NCBI GenBank assembly: GCA_963700635.1 | Contig: CAVOYH010000001.1 | Span: 460,681-524,680 of the forward strand | Length of the DNA stretch: 64,000 bases | Source: an uncultured Bacteroidota bacterium | GTDB taxonomy: Bacteria; Bacteroidota; Ignavibacteria; UBA10030; UBA6906 | Direction: 5' to 3' | Shown here: piece after piece, positions 48,498 through 57,722 of the stretch | Position numbering within the stretch: position 1 is the first letter of the stretch | Layout of the letters: each line of letters begins with the position of its first letter | Made by a program: the position numbers and the translations under genes | Notes under the pieces: generated by a model | Database searches by the model: none | What the model was told of the DNA's origin: nothing | What the model saw: only the letters and a program-made list of their open reading frames with translations

Positions 48498-48698
48498 TTA
48501 GACCTTCGTGACGCCGGTGGCCTGAAGACCCTTCGGTCCACGGGTGATTTCGAAGCTCACCTTGTCGCCCTCGTTAAGCGTCTTGTATCCGTCGCCAACG
48601 ATTTCGCGGAAGTGGACGAATACATCTTCGCCAGTTTCGCGTGTAATAAATCCGAAGCCCTTGGCCCCGTTGAACCATTTCACTGTCCCCTTTTCCAT
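48498..48698 (-). CDS. Cold-shock protein (CspA family)
   Basis: [18 protein letters not shown]...DVFVHF (RNP1/RNP2), 66 aa. Confidence 0.96.
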   Translation of the reverse strand: MEKGTVKWFNGAKGFGFITRETGEDVFVHFREIVGDGYKTLNEGDKVSFEITRGPKGLQATGVTKV

Positions 48699-48918
48699 GG
48701 AACAGATCCTTTCTGTTGCTGAACGTCCGCAACCGGCGGACTCGGTCATGCACGTCCCGATGTGTGCTTTAAACGAACAATCGCAACCACTTATGACCAC
48801 CATGGTTGCGATTTTTGCTGTTCTGCAACGGGTTCGGACTCCGAACTCCAGCGAACCATGTCCCGGGTCACCCGGAACCGAAAAAGCCCTACAACGGTGT
48901 ACATTAAAGCTAGTGGCA

Positions 48919-48947
48919 ATAATACAATTCTCCAAAACAAAAAGCAA
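48919..48947 (-). promoter_or_regulatory. Putative sigma70 promoter of csp, implying a ~210-nt 5' UTR
   Basis: Minus strand TTGCTT-N17-TATTAT. Confidence 0.55.
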
Positions 48948-48949
48948 GA

Positions 48950-50020
48950 CTATTTTTGACCCTGGCGTCTCCTGCGAAAAACAGCGAAAATGCCCATTCC
49001 CACAATGCCAAGCACCGCTATGCCCGAAATGGCGACTGCCCACCCGTGTACCTCCCTCGACTCCACCCACAGGGTGTAATCACCGACATAGGCCATTGTT
49101 ATGAAGCTCTCCCATGTAACCCGGCTCCCCTCAACGTCTCCTGCGTTGGTGGCCGTGACGATCCCGGGGACCACCACGTGGACCTTGTGCGATGAGGTCA
49201 AAACACGTTGCTGGAAGTCCAGCCGGCTTCGAAACGCCTCAATGTTACTCCGGTTTGCATCCAGCGCCCGCCTGACAAGCGGTGTCCCCAGTATTTCAGC
49301 AAACTGCTGCTCCAGTTCCTCCAGATTTCCGCTTGTCCAGTCGAAACGCCTGGCCTTCGTAAAACACCGCTCCTTCTGCCCCTCCGCCATCGCCTCCGTA
49401 AGCCGCGGATCGGCGAGCAGGCGGATCCCCTGTTTGAACAGTCTGAAATATTCTTCGAAGGAATTGCGGCTATTCCAGGCATTGAACCGCTCACTGGATT
49501 CCTCTGACGCCAGGCTGTCAGATCCGGACAACACGGACTTTGGTCCCGAGATACGCAGCGCAAAGGCGTCAATCTCCGCCTTCGACAAATATTCGGACAC
49601 AGGCACAACGTCGGTCGGATTTAATTTTGACCAGGTTTCTTCATACCGGTATGTTGTGAAGAACCAGTAGAATGTCCTGGTGAGTCGCGGTTTGATGTCT
49701 ATTTGGCGTCCGGGCGCCCCGGCAAGCGCTTCGCTCATCGCCTCCGCCGAGCTGTACGTCCGCGACGCAACGAGTGTCCGCTCCCGCTGTTTCACGGGAA
49801 AGTGTTCGACAGTCCATGCGCTGTCAATCCTGAACATCTGGATCCCGGAGGTCAGGCTTGAAGAATCACCCTTGATGGTGACGGATCGGGTTAACGAGCC
49901 ATCGGAGTGTACCACGGTGGTCGTTTCCGTTTCAAGGCAGCCGCCAAGGAGCAGGGAGGCGATGAGAATCATCGCTGAACGGGACATGGTCAGACTGCTG
50001 AACACGATTTTCATTGGCAT
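48950..50020 (-). CDS. Hypothetical lipoprotein with a C-terminal TM anchor
   Basis: Lipobox LLGG-C; C-terminal hydrophobic helix followed by RRRR; start uncertain. Confidence 0.7.
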   Translation of the reverse strand: MPMKIVFSSLTMSRSAMILIASLLLGGCLETETTTVVHSDGSLTRSVTIKGDSSSLTSGIQMFRIDSAWTVEHFPVKQRERTLVASRTYSSAEAMSEALAGAPGRQIDIKPRLTRTFYWFFTTYRYEETWSKLNPTDVVPVSEYLSKAEIDAFALRISGPKSVLSGSDSLASEESSERFNAWNSRNSFEEYFRLFKQGIRLLADPRLTEAMAEGQKERCFTKARRFDWTSGNLEELEQQFAEILGTPLVRRALDANRSNIEAFRSRLDFQQRVLTSSHKVHVVVPGIVTATNAGDVEGSRVTWESFITMAYVGDYTLWVESREVHGWAVAISGIAVLGIVGMGIFAVFRRRRQGQK

Positions 50021-50138
50021 CGTCCTTCATTCATGACAATGGAACGTACGAAAATGAATGATGGTATGGAAGTTGTTTTTCGGGCCGACCCTCGGTATAT
50101 TGCTCCTTCTGTTGTTGATTACCACGAGGGAAGGTCTT

Positions 50139-51779
50139 ATGAGACGATATCACCGCACGTTGCTGCTCCTGTTTGTTGTTTTCACTTTTGACCCGGCAAG
50201 TCTTCTTGCCTGCACGAATATCCTTGTTACCAGAGGTGCGTCCAGGGATGGGTCCACGATGATTACCTACGCGGCGGACTCACATACCCGGTATGGCCAG
50301 CTCTATTTTTTGCCTGCCGGAGACCATCCCGCCGGTACCATGGTGGATATCCGCGACTATGGCAACGGTGCCTATCTGGGCAAAGTGAACCAGGTTCCGC
50401 ACACGTTCTCCGTGGTCGGGTTCATGAATGAACATCAGGTGTCCATCGGCGAAACCACCTTCGGCGGTCGTCCGGAGCTTGTGGACACCGCCGGTATCAT
50501 AGACTACGGCAGCCTGATGTTCCTGACGCTTCAACGCTCGCGTAACGCGCGGGAAGCCATCAAGACGATGGGGGCGCTGGTGGCGGAGTACGGCTACCGC
50601 AGCTCGGGGGAGTCCTTCTCCATCGGCGATCCGAACGAAGTATGGATCATGGAATTGATCGGGAAGGGATCCGGCAACAGGGGAGCCGTCTGGGTGGCCA
50701 TGAGAATCCCGGAGGGATATATTTCGGGGCATGCCAATCACCCGAGGATCACGACGTTTCCGCTCAACGATACGGTGAATTGTTACTATGCACCGGACGT
50801 GATTTCCGTAGCCAGAGCAAAAGGGTATTTCTCCGGTACGGACTCCGAGTTCAGCTTCTCCGACGCATACGCCCCGCTGGATTTTGGAGGGGCACGATTC
50901 TGCGAGGCACGGGTCTGGTCAGTGTTTAATCGAGTGAACAGCACGATGGGCCGTTATCTGGATTATGCAAAAGGACAGGACCTCCGCCATCGGATGCCCC
51001 TCTGGATCAAACCTGACACGAAGCTGTCTGTCCATGACGTTATGGAACTTATGCGGGACTACTATCAGGGAACTGAGCTGGACATGAGCAAGGATGTCGG
51101 GGCGGGGCCGTACGGCTGTCCGTACCGCTGGAGACCGATGACGTGGAAAGTGGATTCTGTGGAATATCTGAACGAGCGTGCAATCTCAACCCAACAGACG
51201 GGGTTTTCCTTTCTCGCGCAGGGACGATCCTGGCTCCCTGATCATATCGGCGGAATTTTCTGGTTCGGTGTTGATGATACCTACCATACGGTCTACACCC
51301 CGATGTATTGCAGTATCACGTCAACCCCTCCCGCGGTTACAGTGGGCAACGGTTCAATGATGGAGTTCTCGGACGACGCCGCGTTCTGGATTTTCAACCA
51401 GGTCTCCAACTTCGCATACACCCGGTTTAATGCGATCAGCCCTGAAATACGGACGAAACAGGCGGAACTGGAACACAAGTATATTGCGCTGGTCCCCGGC
51501 ATTGACAGGGCGGCCGTGGAGTTGACGAAAAGCGGAAAAAACGCTGCGGTGGAATTTCTCACGGATTTTAGCACGTCCCTCGGGCAAGCGACGTTCAAAG
51601 AGTGGAAGGCGTTGTACCGGATGCTCTTTGTGAAATACATGGATGGCAACATCAAGACAACGGTGCCGGGCAAATTGAATCCGGCAGTCCAACAGCCCGG
51701 TTACGGTGAAGAGTGGCAGCGACGTGTTGTGCGGGAAACAGGGGAGAAGCTGAAGGTTGTACAGACCGGGAAAAAGTAG
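50139..51779 (+). CDS. C69-family dipeptidase, secreted
   Basis: Signal peptide, then nucleophile A-CTNILV..GAS.DGS, MNEHQVSIGETTFGG and ERAIS.QQT. Confidence 0.9.
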   Translation: MRRYHRTLLLLFVVFTFDPASLLACTNILVTRGASRDGSTMITYAADSHTRYGQLYFLPAGDHPAGTMVDIRDYGNGAYLGKVNQVPHTFSVVGFMNEHQVSIGETTFGGRPELVDTAGIIDYGSLMFLTLQRSRNAREAIKTMGALVAEYGYRSSGESFSIGDPNEVWIMELIGKGSGNRGAVWVAMRIPEGYISGHANHPRITTFPLNDTVNCYYAPDVISVARAKGYFSGTDSEFSFSDAYAPLDFGGARFCEARVWSVFNRVNSTMGRYLDYAKGQDLRHRMPLWIKPDTKLSVHDVMELMRDYYQGTELDMSKDVGAGPYGCPYRWRPMTWKVDSVEYLNERAISTQQTGFSFLAQGRSWLPDHIGGIFWFGVDDTYHTVYTPMYCSITSTPPAVTVGNGSMMEFSDDAAFWIFNQVSNFAYTRFNAISPEIRTKQAELEHKYIALVPGIDRAAVELTKSGKNAAVEFLTDFSTSLGQATFKEWKALYRMLFVKYMDGNIKTTVPGKLNPAVQQPGYGEEWQRRVVRETGEKLKVVQTGKK

Positions 51780-51962
51780 GTCTTCCCCGACTCGAATTTT
51801 TTCCTGATTTCTTCTCTGCGTCGGCGGCTCGCATGGTGCGGGCGAGAACGACCGCGTGTCTATGTCTACACAGCGATCCCGCAGCGCGTCTCCAGTTTCC
51901 CACAATACCGCGCGATATTCGTGTCGCGGACTGTTCTGACACCGCACCCGGCACGCCGATGC

Positions 51963-52694
51963 TCAGGCGCGGATGAGCATTGTTTCTTCCAGCTCGATTG
52001 CTTTCGGGAAGAGGATGTTGTTTTCCAGGTGAATGTGCTGGTGCAGATCACGTTCAAAATCTTCGAGCTCGCGGTATGCCACGGTGTACGTTGTACACGC
52101 ATCCGGTGGCAGCGTATACCCGTTGCTGGCGGTGCGTATGAATGACAGCGCGTCTCCGGCAGACCGGTGTTCGGCCTCCATCATCATGATCGGATTCCGG
52201 ATACTCCCGAACGGTGAGGTGCTGACATCCCCGCCCTGTTTTTTTGTCTGGACAAGTGCTTTGATATAAGGAAAGAGCACGGCCTCCTCCTTGTGCATGT
52301 GACTGGTGAGCTCGTCTCCGATGGCATGAACATGTTCTGCGATGCCCGCCAGTTCGGGATGGTTCTTGCCGTGGACTGAGGCCACCTTGTCAATGTGGGC
52401 CAGAACCAGAGGCAGGGACCGTCGCACATATCGGTGGTGGGTATTGATGATGAAGTCTGCCAGCGCATCGAGTTCCCATTCTGCGGGGCGGAACACGCTC
52501 GTGTCGCGGATCGCCTCAAGCTGCTGGAGGTCGTGGACCACCGTTGCCGGATCAACCCCTCTGGCCGCACAGGCCGCACCAAGGGTTTGTCCCCCATTAC
52601 AACAGAAATCGATCGCATATTTTTCAAAAACGGCCGCGGTACGGTGATCCTCAGTGACCATTTGTTTTACGGCTTTTGTCATCATGCTTTCCAT
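51963..52694 (-). CDS. ric: Iron-sulfur cluster repair di-iron protein (Ric/YtfE/ScdA)
   Basis: IDFCCNG, HHRY, HMHKEE..LFP, EH and HIHLENNILFP. Confidence 0.93.
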   Translation of the reverse strand: MESMMTKAVKQMVTEDHRTAAVFEKYAIDFCCNGGQTLGAACAARGVDPATVVHDLQQLEAIRDTSVFRPAEWELDALADFIINTHHRYVRRSLPLVLAHIDKVASVHGKNHPELAGIAEHVHAIGDELTSHMHKEEAVLFPYIKALVQTKKQGGDVSTSPFGSIRNPIMMMEAEHRSAGDALSFIRTASNGYTLPPDACTTYTVAYRELEDFERDLHQHIHLENNILFPKAIELEETMLIRA

Positions 52695-52797
52695 CTGTCC
52701 ATTCCTTCTCTGATTCTGTTTGTGGGCTTCCCCCCGGAGTTTGTGTGCCGGGACTGTGACATCATCACGATGGGTCTCCGGCGGCTTTTCGTCAGGG

Positions 52798-53409
52798 TCA
52801 GTGTTCATGCTCCCCGGCCGGAGCGGTATGGCTTGATCCGGAGGGTACGATGGCCTGGTGCAGCCGTTCGATATAGTGGATGTAGTGGACATATGCCTCG
52901 ACGTATCGCCGGCCAGCTTCAACATCAGTCGCTGCAAAACCCTTTGCCTTCTGCACGCGTTGAAAGGCATCATCAACCTGCCGCTGCAACGCGCCGGTCA
53001 GCTTCGCTGACAGTTCGGCCGGGGAGTTCGCCTGCAATGCGTGTTCCGCTGCAACGATTCCCGGTTCGGGATGAACATCGACCTCCTTCAGACCGGTGTA
53101 GGGTGCGCCTTCACCGGACCGATGGACGCGGACGAGCGTCTCGAAGAAGTACCTGTCAGCGAGTGCCCTGGCTTCATCACCACGGGCCCGCACTGCGATG
53201 GTTCTGGCAAACGCCGAGCGTATTTCCGGCTCGTCACCGTGCCGGACCCAGACCAGGGCATACCGGACGTCCCCGCGCTCCAGGGCCTGTTTGCCCGCTT
53301 CAACGACCGGTCCGGTCATGGTATCGCAGTGGGCGCGGGTTTCACCGGTGGTCAGCAGCACGGCTACAATAATCAGTGCAACAATGCGGAGAATAGAGAT
53401 CCGTGTCAT
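52798..53409 (-). CDS. Exported DUF6448-like protein
   Basis: Signal peptide ending AHCDTM.GPVV, YFFETLVRVHR.GEGAPYTGLK and GR.YV.AYV.YIHY.E; His-containing tail. Confidence 0.75.
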   Translation of the reverse strand: MTRISILRIVALIIVAVLLTTGETRAHCDTMTGPVVEAGKQALERGDVRYALVWVRHGDEPEIRSAFARTIAVRARGDEARALADRYFFETLVRVHRSGEGAPYTGLKEVDVHPEPGIVAAEHALQANSPAELSAKLTGALQRQVDDAFQRVQKAKGFAATDVEAGRRYVEAYVHYIHYIERLHQAIVPSGSSHTAPAGEHEH

Positions 53410-53464
53410 GGGTTTGCCTCCTTGGAATTGTGGTGAACAGTCATTGCTGGTCGGATGTCTGTTG

Positions 53465-53496
53465 TATTTCAGAGTCTTTTGTCTGATATTATAACA
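53465..53496 (-). promoter_or_regulatory. Extended -10 promoter with an adjacent palindrome (candidate repressor operator) for DUF6448-ric
   Basis: Minus strand TGTTATAAT immediately followed by ATCAGACAAAAGACTCTGAAAT (TCAGA-N9-TCTGA). Confidence 0.45.
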
Positions 53497-53524
53497 CAGG
53501 GCACCTTAAAATTGTTCCCATGAT

Positions 53525-54436
53525 TTACCCAGCCTTGATAAATGTCCCGTTTCGGAGTTCCGTGTAGGCCTGCCGCAGTTCTTCCTGCGTATTCATCACA
53601 ATGGGGCCCTGCCACGCGACCGGTTCCTGCAGCGGCTTGCCCGAGACAAGCAGGAACCTGATGCCGTCTTCACCTGCCTGTACCGTCACTTCATCGCCGC
53701 TGTCAAACAACACCAGCGATCGGTTGCCTGTGTCTGCGGGAAAAGCGGCGACGGGGGAGCCCACGGTTTCCGTACGCACCGCGCGGGGTTCCGACGCATC
53801 CCGGAACGTCCCTGCGCCTTCAAAAACATACGCAAACGCGTTTCTTGAAGACTCGACCGGCAGGGTTTTGCGCCTTCCGGGTGGCACGAACACGTCAAGA
53901 TACTTCGGGTCTGCGGCAATGCCATCCACCGGGCCGGATTTTCCCCAGAACTCGCCGCAGATCACGCGGACCCGGGTTCCGTCGTCATCAACGATTTCCG
54001 GGATTTCGCCGGAGAGCACATCCTGATAGCGGGGCTGCGTCATTTTTAGTGAGGACGGGAGATTCGCCCACAACTGAAATCCGTGCATGCGCCCCCTGTC
54101 ATCGCCGTTTGGCATTTCCTGATGAAGAATGCCGCTGCCGGCCGTCATCCATTGCACGTCACCCGCCCGTAGAGTCCCCCGGTTGCCCAGACTATCTCCG
54201 TGCACAACAGCGCCGGCCAGGACATAGGTGATCGTTTCGATCCCGCGGTGCGGATGCCAGGGAAAACCGGCGAGATATGCGCCGGGATCATCGTTCCGGA
54301 AGTCGTCGAACAACAGAAATGGATCAAATGTGCTGGTTGCACCGAACCCAAATGCGCGGCGGAGGTGTACCCCCGCTCCTTCAATCGTTGGCTGGGCCTG
54401 GATGACACTGGCGACAGGTCGTATGGACATGTACAC
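53525..54436 (-). CDS. Pirin family protein
   Basis: DPFLLFD, GFPWHPHRGIETITY, QWMTAGSGILHQE and QLWANLP. Confidence 0.93.
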   Translation of the reverse strand: MYMSIRPVASVIQAQPTIEGAGVHLRRAFGFGATSTFDPFLLFDDFRNDDPGAYLAGFPWHPHRGIETITYVLAGAVVHGDSLGNRGTLRAGDVQWMTAGSGILHQEMPNGDDRGRMHGFQLWANLPSSLKMTQPRYQDVLSGEIPEIVDDDGTRVRVICGEFWGKSGPVDGIAADPKYLDVFVPPGRRKTLPVESSRNAFAYVFEGAGTFRDASEPRAVRTETVGSPVAAFPADTGNRSLVLFDSGDEVTVQAGEDGIRFLLVSGKPLQEPVAWQGPIVMNTQEELRQAYTELRNGTFIKAG

Positions 54437-54760
54437 TCCTCCTCATTCTGCAATGGGTACAGATACCTCCTCTTCCTATCAATCTAAACAAGACCTCCCG
54501 AAGTACCGTTCCCGGATCAGCTGGCATCGCCCCGGCCTCAGATAAAACCCGGCCTCCCTGTGAAGTGTATCCGGGCCGGCATCGCCCCGGCTTCCGGATA
54601 TCATCGCGCTTCTGTGGGGCTGCAAGGCCATAGATCTTGACATTGTCCTTGCCAGGCCCGATACTTTAGTACCGTTGCCAATCCGGCACTATTCTGTTCA
54701 AACCACGACACAAATGTAGGTCACCAGATTCCCCTCACTCTTAACGATAGGAGAGCAACA

Positions 54761-56446
54761 ATGAGGCGACTCGTACTTCTGTCTATGCTGATGGTGTTCG
54801 CCATCGGTGCCGGCTTTTCACAACAGTGGTCCAGGGTGTGGAAACTCACCACCCCGCCGTACCTGACCCTCGAAGACATCACGGACATGGGAATTGTGAA
54901 GGCGGGGTTTGACACAGACAAGGATGGGTGGGGAGAGATCCTCTGTGCGTGGACGGACGCGGACACGAATGCCATCATGATGTATGAGGCCAACGGAGAC
55001 AACTCCTACGCGCTGGTCTGGTCGTGGGCGTACCCCTATGGTCCGGGCGAAACCAACTCTTTTGCCGGGATCGCGGTGGGCGATATCAACAATAACGGCG
55101 TTGTCGAGATCGTGACTACCCTTCCCGCTGTGGTCGGCGCAGATCCCAATCCGCTCCGCGTGTGGGCCTTTGAGTGGAACGGCGTGGTGGGGAAGAATGC
55201 GTACGGGTTCTATGACAGCACCAAACGTACGTACAGTCCCTCCGGCGGCTGGAATTTCGATGCCCCGAGCAACTACGATCTGCGTCCGTACAGCCTCACG
55301 ATTGAGGACATCGACAAGGACGGCAAGAATGAACTGATCACCGGCTTTCGGCAGGCGGGGAGCGGAATGCGTGAAGTGATTGTTTCTTCGGTCGACGGCG
55401 ACTTTGACGGTTTTGCCACCTGGAACCTGGAATGGAAATATTCCAACGCGTTCGGCGGTTCGAACTATAGCACCACCACCGGAGACCTGGACAATGACGG
55501 GAACCGGGAAATCTATATGTTTGTATGGAATTTCTTCACGATGAGAATCTTCGAATGTACCGGTGAAGGGCAGTACACCGAAGCCTTTGCCCTCGACCAG
55601 TTCTCCAGCACGCAGGGTATCGATCACGGTGCACTCGATGCCGTGCGCGTGGCGGACGTGAATAACGATGGCATGATGGAGATGTATATCGCCTCAACAG
55701 AACCCCAGAACAGCATCTTTATCATCACCGGCGTGACCGACGTCAGCGCCATGACTGCGGCCAACATCAAGCAATTGTACACGATACCGGTGAACATGGG
55801 GGGAAAATTCCGTTCCATGTACATCGCCGATCCCGATCATGACGGGAAGGCCAACCTGATGATCGGCGGAGAGCTGAACGGCCAGATCTTCTCGCTGGAG
55901 TACAACGGCACGGGTGACCCGGCGGACTCCGCAAGCTGGCAGCACCAGGTGGTGTTTGACATATTCGCGGAGAGCGGAGTTCCGACAATTTCGCCACGCC
56001 TGTTCTACGGATCCCCGGCGGGCGACATGGACAAGGACGGGAAAGACGAATATGTCTTTGTCAACTATTCACCGGATTTTACCGCCTGGCCGGGTGACTC
56101 CCCGTTATGGATCATCGAGATTGATGTCGCGACAGACGTGCGCAATGAGGTAATGGGTATCCCGGGCGACATCCAGTTGCTCCAGAATTATCCCAATCCG
56201 TTTAACCCGACGACAACAATCCCGTACCGTCTCCCGGTCCGGAGTCGTGTCCAGCTGGATGTGTTTGATGTGTACGGCCAGCACGTGGCCTCCATCGTCA
56301 ACGGTGAACGCGAGCCGGGATACTATCAGGCAACCTGGACCGGAAGGGTATCAAGCGGGACATACCTCTGCCGATTGGTGGTCGAACCGCTGGAAGGTGG
56401 GGGGAGTACGTACAGGGAAGTCAAGAAGATGCTTCTCGTCCGATAA
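54761..56446 (+). CDS. Secreted FG-GAP/VCBS-repeat protein with a T9SS-like C-terminal sorting domain
   Basis: Signal peptide; about seven DxDxDG..E repeats; C-terminal QNYPNPFNPTTTI...KKMLLVR. Confidence 0.85.
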   Translation: MRRLVLLSMLMVFAIGAGFSQQWSRVWKLTTPPYLTLEDITDMGIVKAGFDTDKDGWGEILCAWTDADTNAIMMYEANGDNSYALVWSWAYPYGPGETNSFAGIAVGDINNNGVVEIVTTLPAVVGADPNPLRVWAFEWNGVVGKNAYGFYDSTKRTYSPSGGWNFDAPSNYDLRPYSLTIEDIDKDGKNELITGFRQAGSGMREVIVSSVDGDFDGFATWNLEWKYSNAFGGSNYSTTTGDLDNDGNREIYMFVWNFFTMRIFECTGEGQYTEAFALDQFSSTQGIDHGALDAVRVADVNNDGMMEMYIASTEPQNSIFIITGVTDVSAMTAANIKQLYTIPVNMGGKFRSMYIADPDHDGKANLMIGGELNGQIFSLEYNGTGDPADSASWQHQVVFDIFAESGVPTISPRLFYGSPAGDMDKDGKDEYVFVNYSPDFTAWPGDSPLWIIEIDVATDVRNEVMGIPGDIQLLQNYPNPFNPTTTIPYRLPVRSRVQLDVFDVYGQHVASIVNGEREPGYYQATWTGRVSSGTYLCRLVVEPLEGGGSTYREVKKMLLVR

Positions 56447-56463
56447 GAAGACCCGACCCGATC

Positions 56464-56497
56464 ACAAAGCCCCTTCCTTTGCAGGATGGGGCTTTGT
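56464..56497 (+). terminator. Intrinsic terminator
   Basis: ACAAAGCCCC...GGGGCTTTGT followed by TGTTGT. Confidence 0.75.
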
Positions 56498-56545
56498 TGT
56501 TGTACGGGCTGCCGGCAGGCCGCCGGGTACCACCATGAGCCGGCC

Positions 56546-56666
56546 GTCAATGTGTTTAGTGCTATGAGCGGTTCAACAGTGAAGCACGACTTTGATTTTC
56601 ACGAAACATTTTCATTTGTTCTTAATGCTAAACATCAGGAAGATGTTGATTACTATATCATATTGT
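56546..56666 (+). pseudogene. Fragment of a PhnB/VOC-family (3-demethylubiquinone-9 3-methyltransferase-like) gene
   Basis: Translation VFSAMS....HDFDFHETFSFVLNAKHQEDVDYY resembles the F.FNEA.SF.V.C..Q.E.DYYW motif; no start codon or C-terminus. Confidence 0.55.
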
Positions 56667-56707
56667 CGGAAGTCATTATCAATCACAAATAGAAAAGGAC
56701 TATCCAT

Positions 56708-57619
56708 ATGAACAAACGCGCTTTTGTATATCGATATAAATCGATTGTAATGTTATGCTGCTTTCTTTTCTCATCAACAGGTTACGCACAGAATTACTCA
56801 GATCTTGATGCACTTGATGGCTATAAAACTAAGGTGTATTTCAGTCCGGGAAATGAAAACAGGGCTAAAACAGTCGCAGAAAGAATGGACAGAGTTCTTG
56901 AGTTTTATAATAAGACAATTGCTTTTGAGCCGAGTGTAACGCTGCTGATATTAAATCCGACGGATTGGCCGAAGCATACAACATTCCCGGTTTACGGGAT
57001 GCCGCATTATGACGAGAAGAGAGATTTATTAGTTATTGCATCGGAGAATAATAGTTTCTGGAATAGCTTTATCCCGCCAATCGAACAGCTTCCGAAAGAT
57101 CTGGCAGGTAAAATCTCAACAACCTATGTTGATGAGAATGGCAGTTTGACTATGCAGGCTTTTTTCGATTTGCTTGCCATTCACGAAATAGGTCATGCGT
57201 ATCACTTTCAAGCCGGTGTAAATGTTCAGCGTATGTGGATGGGTGAACTGTTCTGCAATATGTTACTGCATACTTACATTGCTGAAAATGAACCTGAACA
57301 ATTGCCTGCTCTCACAGTATTTCCTCAAATGGTTATTGCTGGCGGAAAAGAAGAATATAAGTTCACCTCGCTAAACGATATAGAGGATCGGTATGAAGAG
57401 ATTGGACAAAAACACCCAAAGAATTATGGTTGGTACCAATGCCGCTGGCACTCGGCAGCGAAAGATATTTATGATGCAGGGGGGGAAGAAACGTTTATAC
57501 GTTTGTGGAATGTTCTGTCACAACAAAAAGAAAAACTAAATGATGAGACATTAGCCGTTCTGCTATCGGAGAAAGTTCATCAAAGTGCTGCCAATGTCAT
57601 GCTAAAATGGGATGAATAA
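56708..57619 (+). CDS. Secreted hypothetical protein with an HExxH zinc-peptidase motif
   Basis: Signal peptide, HEIGH followed by W.GE (gluzincin-like third ligand); AT-rich coding sequence. Confidence 0.7.
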   Translation: MNKRAFVYRYKSIVMLCCFLFSSTGYAQNYSDLDALDGYKTKVYFSPGNENRAKTVAERMDRVLEFYNKTIAFEPSVTLLILNPTDWPKHTTFPVYGMPHYDEKRDLLVIASENNSFWNSFIPPIEQLPKDLAGKISTTYVDENGSLTMQAFFDLLAIHEIGHAYHFQAGVNVQRMWMGELFCNMLLHTYIAENEPEQLPALTVFPQMVIAGGKEEYKFTSLNDIEDRYEEIGQKHPKNYGWYQCRWHSAAKDIYDAGGEETFIRLWNVLSQQKEKLNDETLAVLLSEKVHQSAANVMLKWDE

Positions 57620-57622
57620 AAA

Positions 57623-57712
57623 ATCCCTTCTAAGAAATCGGGCAAGAATCAAATAGATTCTCTCGATGATTATATCGATTCTTTTCCAGAGGATGGTCAA
57701 ATCATTATTTGT
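57623..57712 (+). pseudogene. 5' fragment of a DUF1801/YdhG-like gene
   Basis: Translation ...IDSLDDYIDSFPEDGQII resembles the TIDEYI..FPEDVQ.IL N-terminus; no ATG, and cut off by the convergent gene. Confidence 0.45.
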
Positions 57713-57722
57713 CATCAAGCCC

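Noticed and set aside
48699-49070. N-terminal extensions of Csp (similarly Ric 52695-52976 and AlkD 33464-33616)
   Set aside because: Upstream in-frame starts overlap UTRs or neighbouring genes; family-typical starts lie downstream.
54523-54591. 14-bp direct repeat GGCATCGCCCCGGC (54523 and 54578) as a mini-CRISPR or att site
   Set aside because: Only two short copies, with no cas or integrase adjacent. No CRISPR array was seen anywhere in the window.
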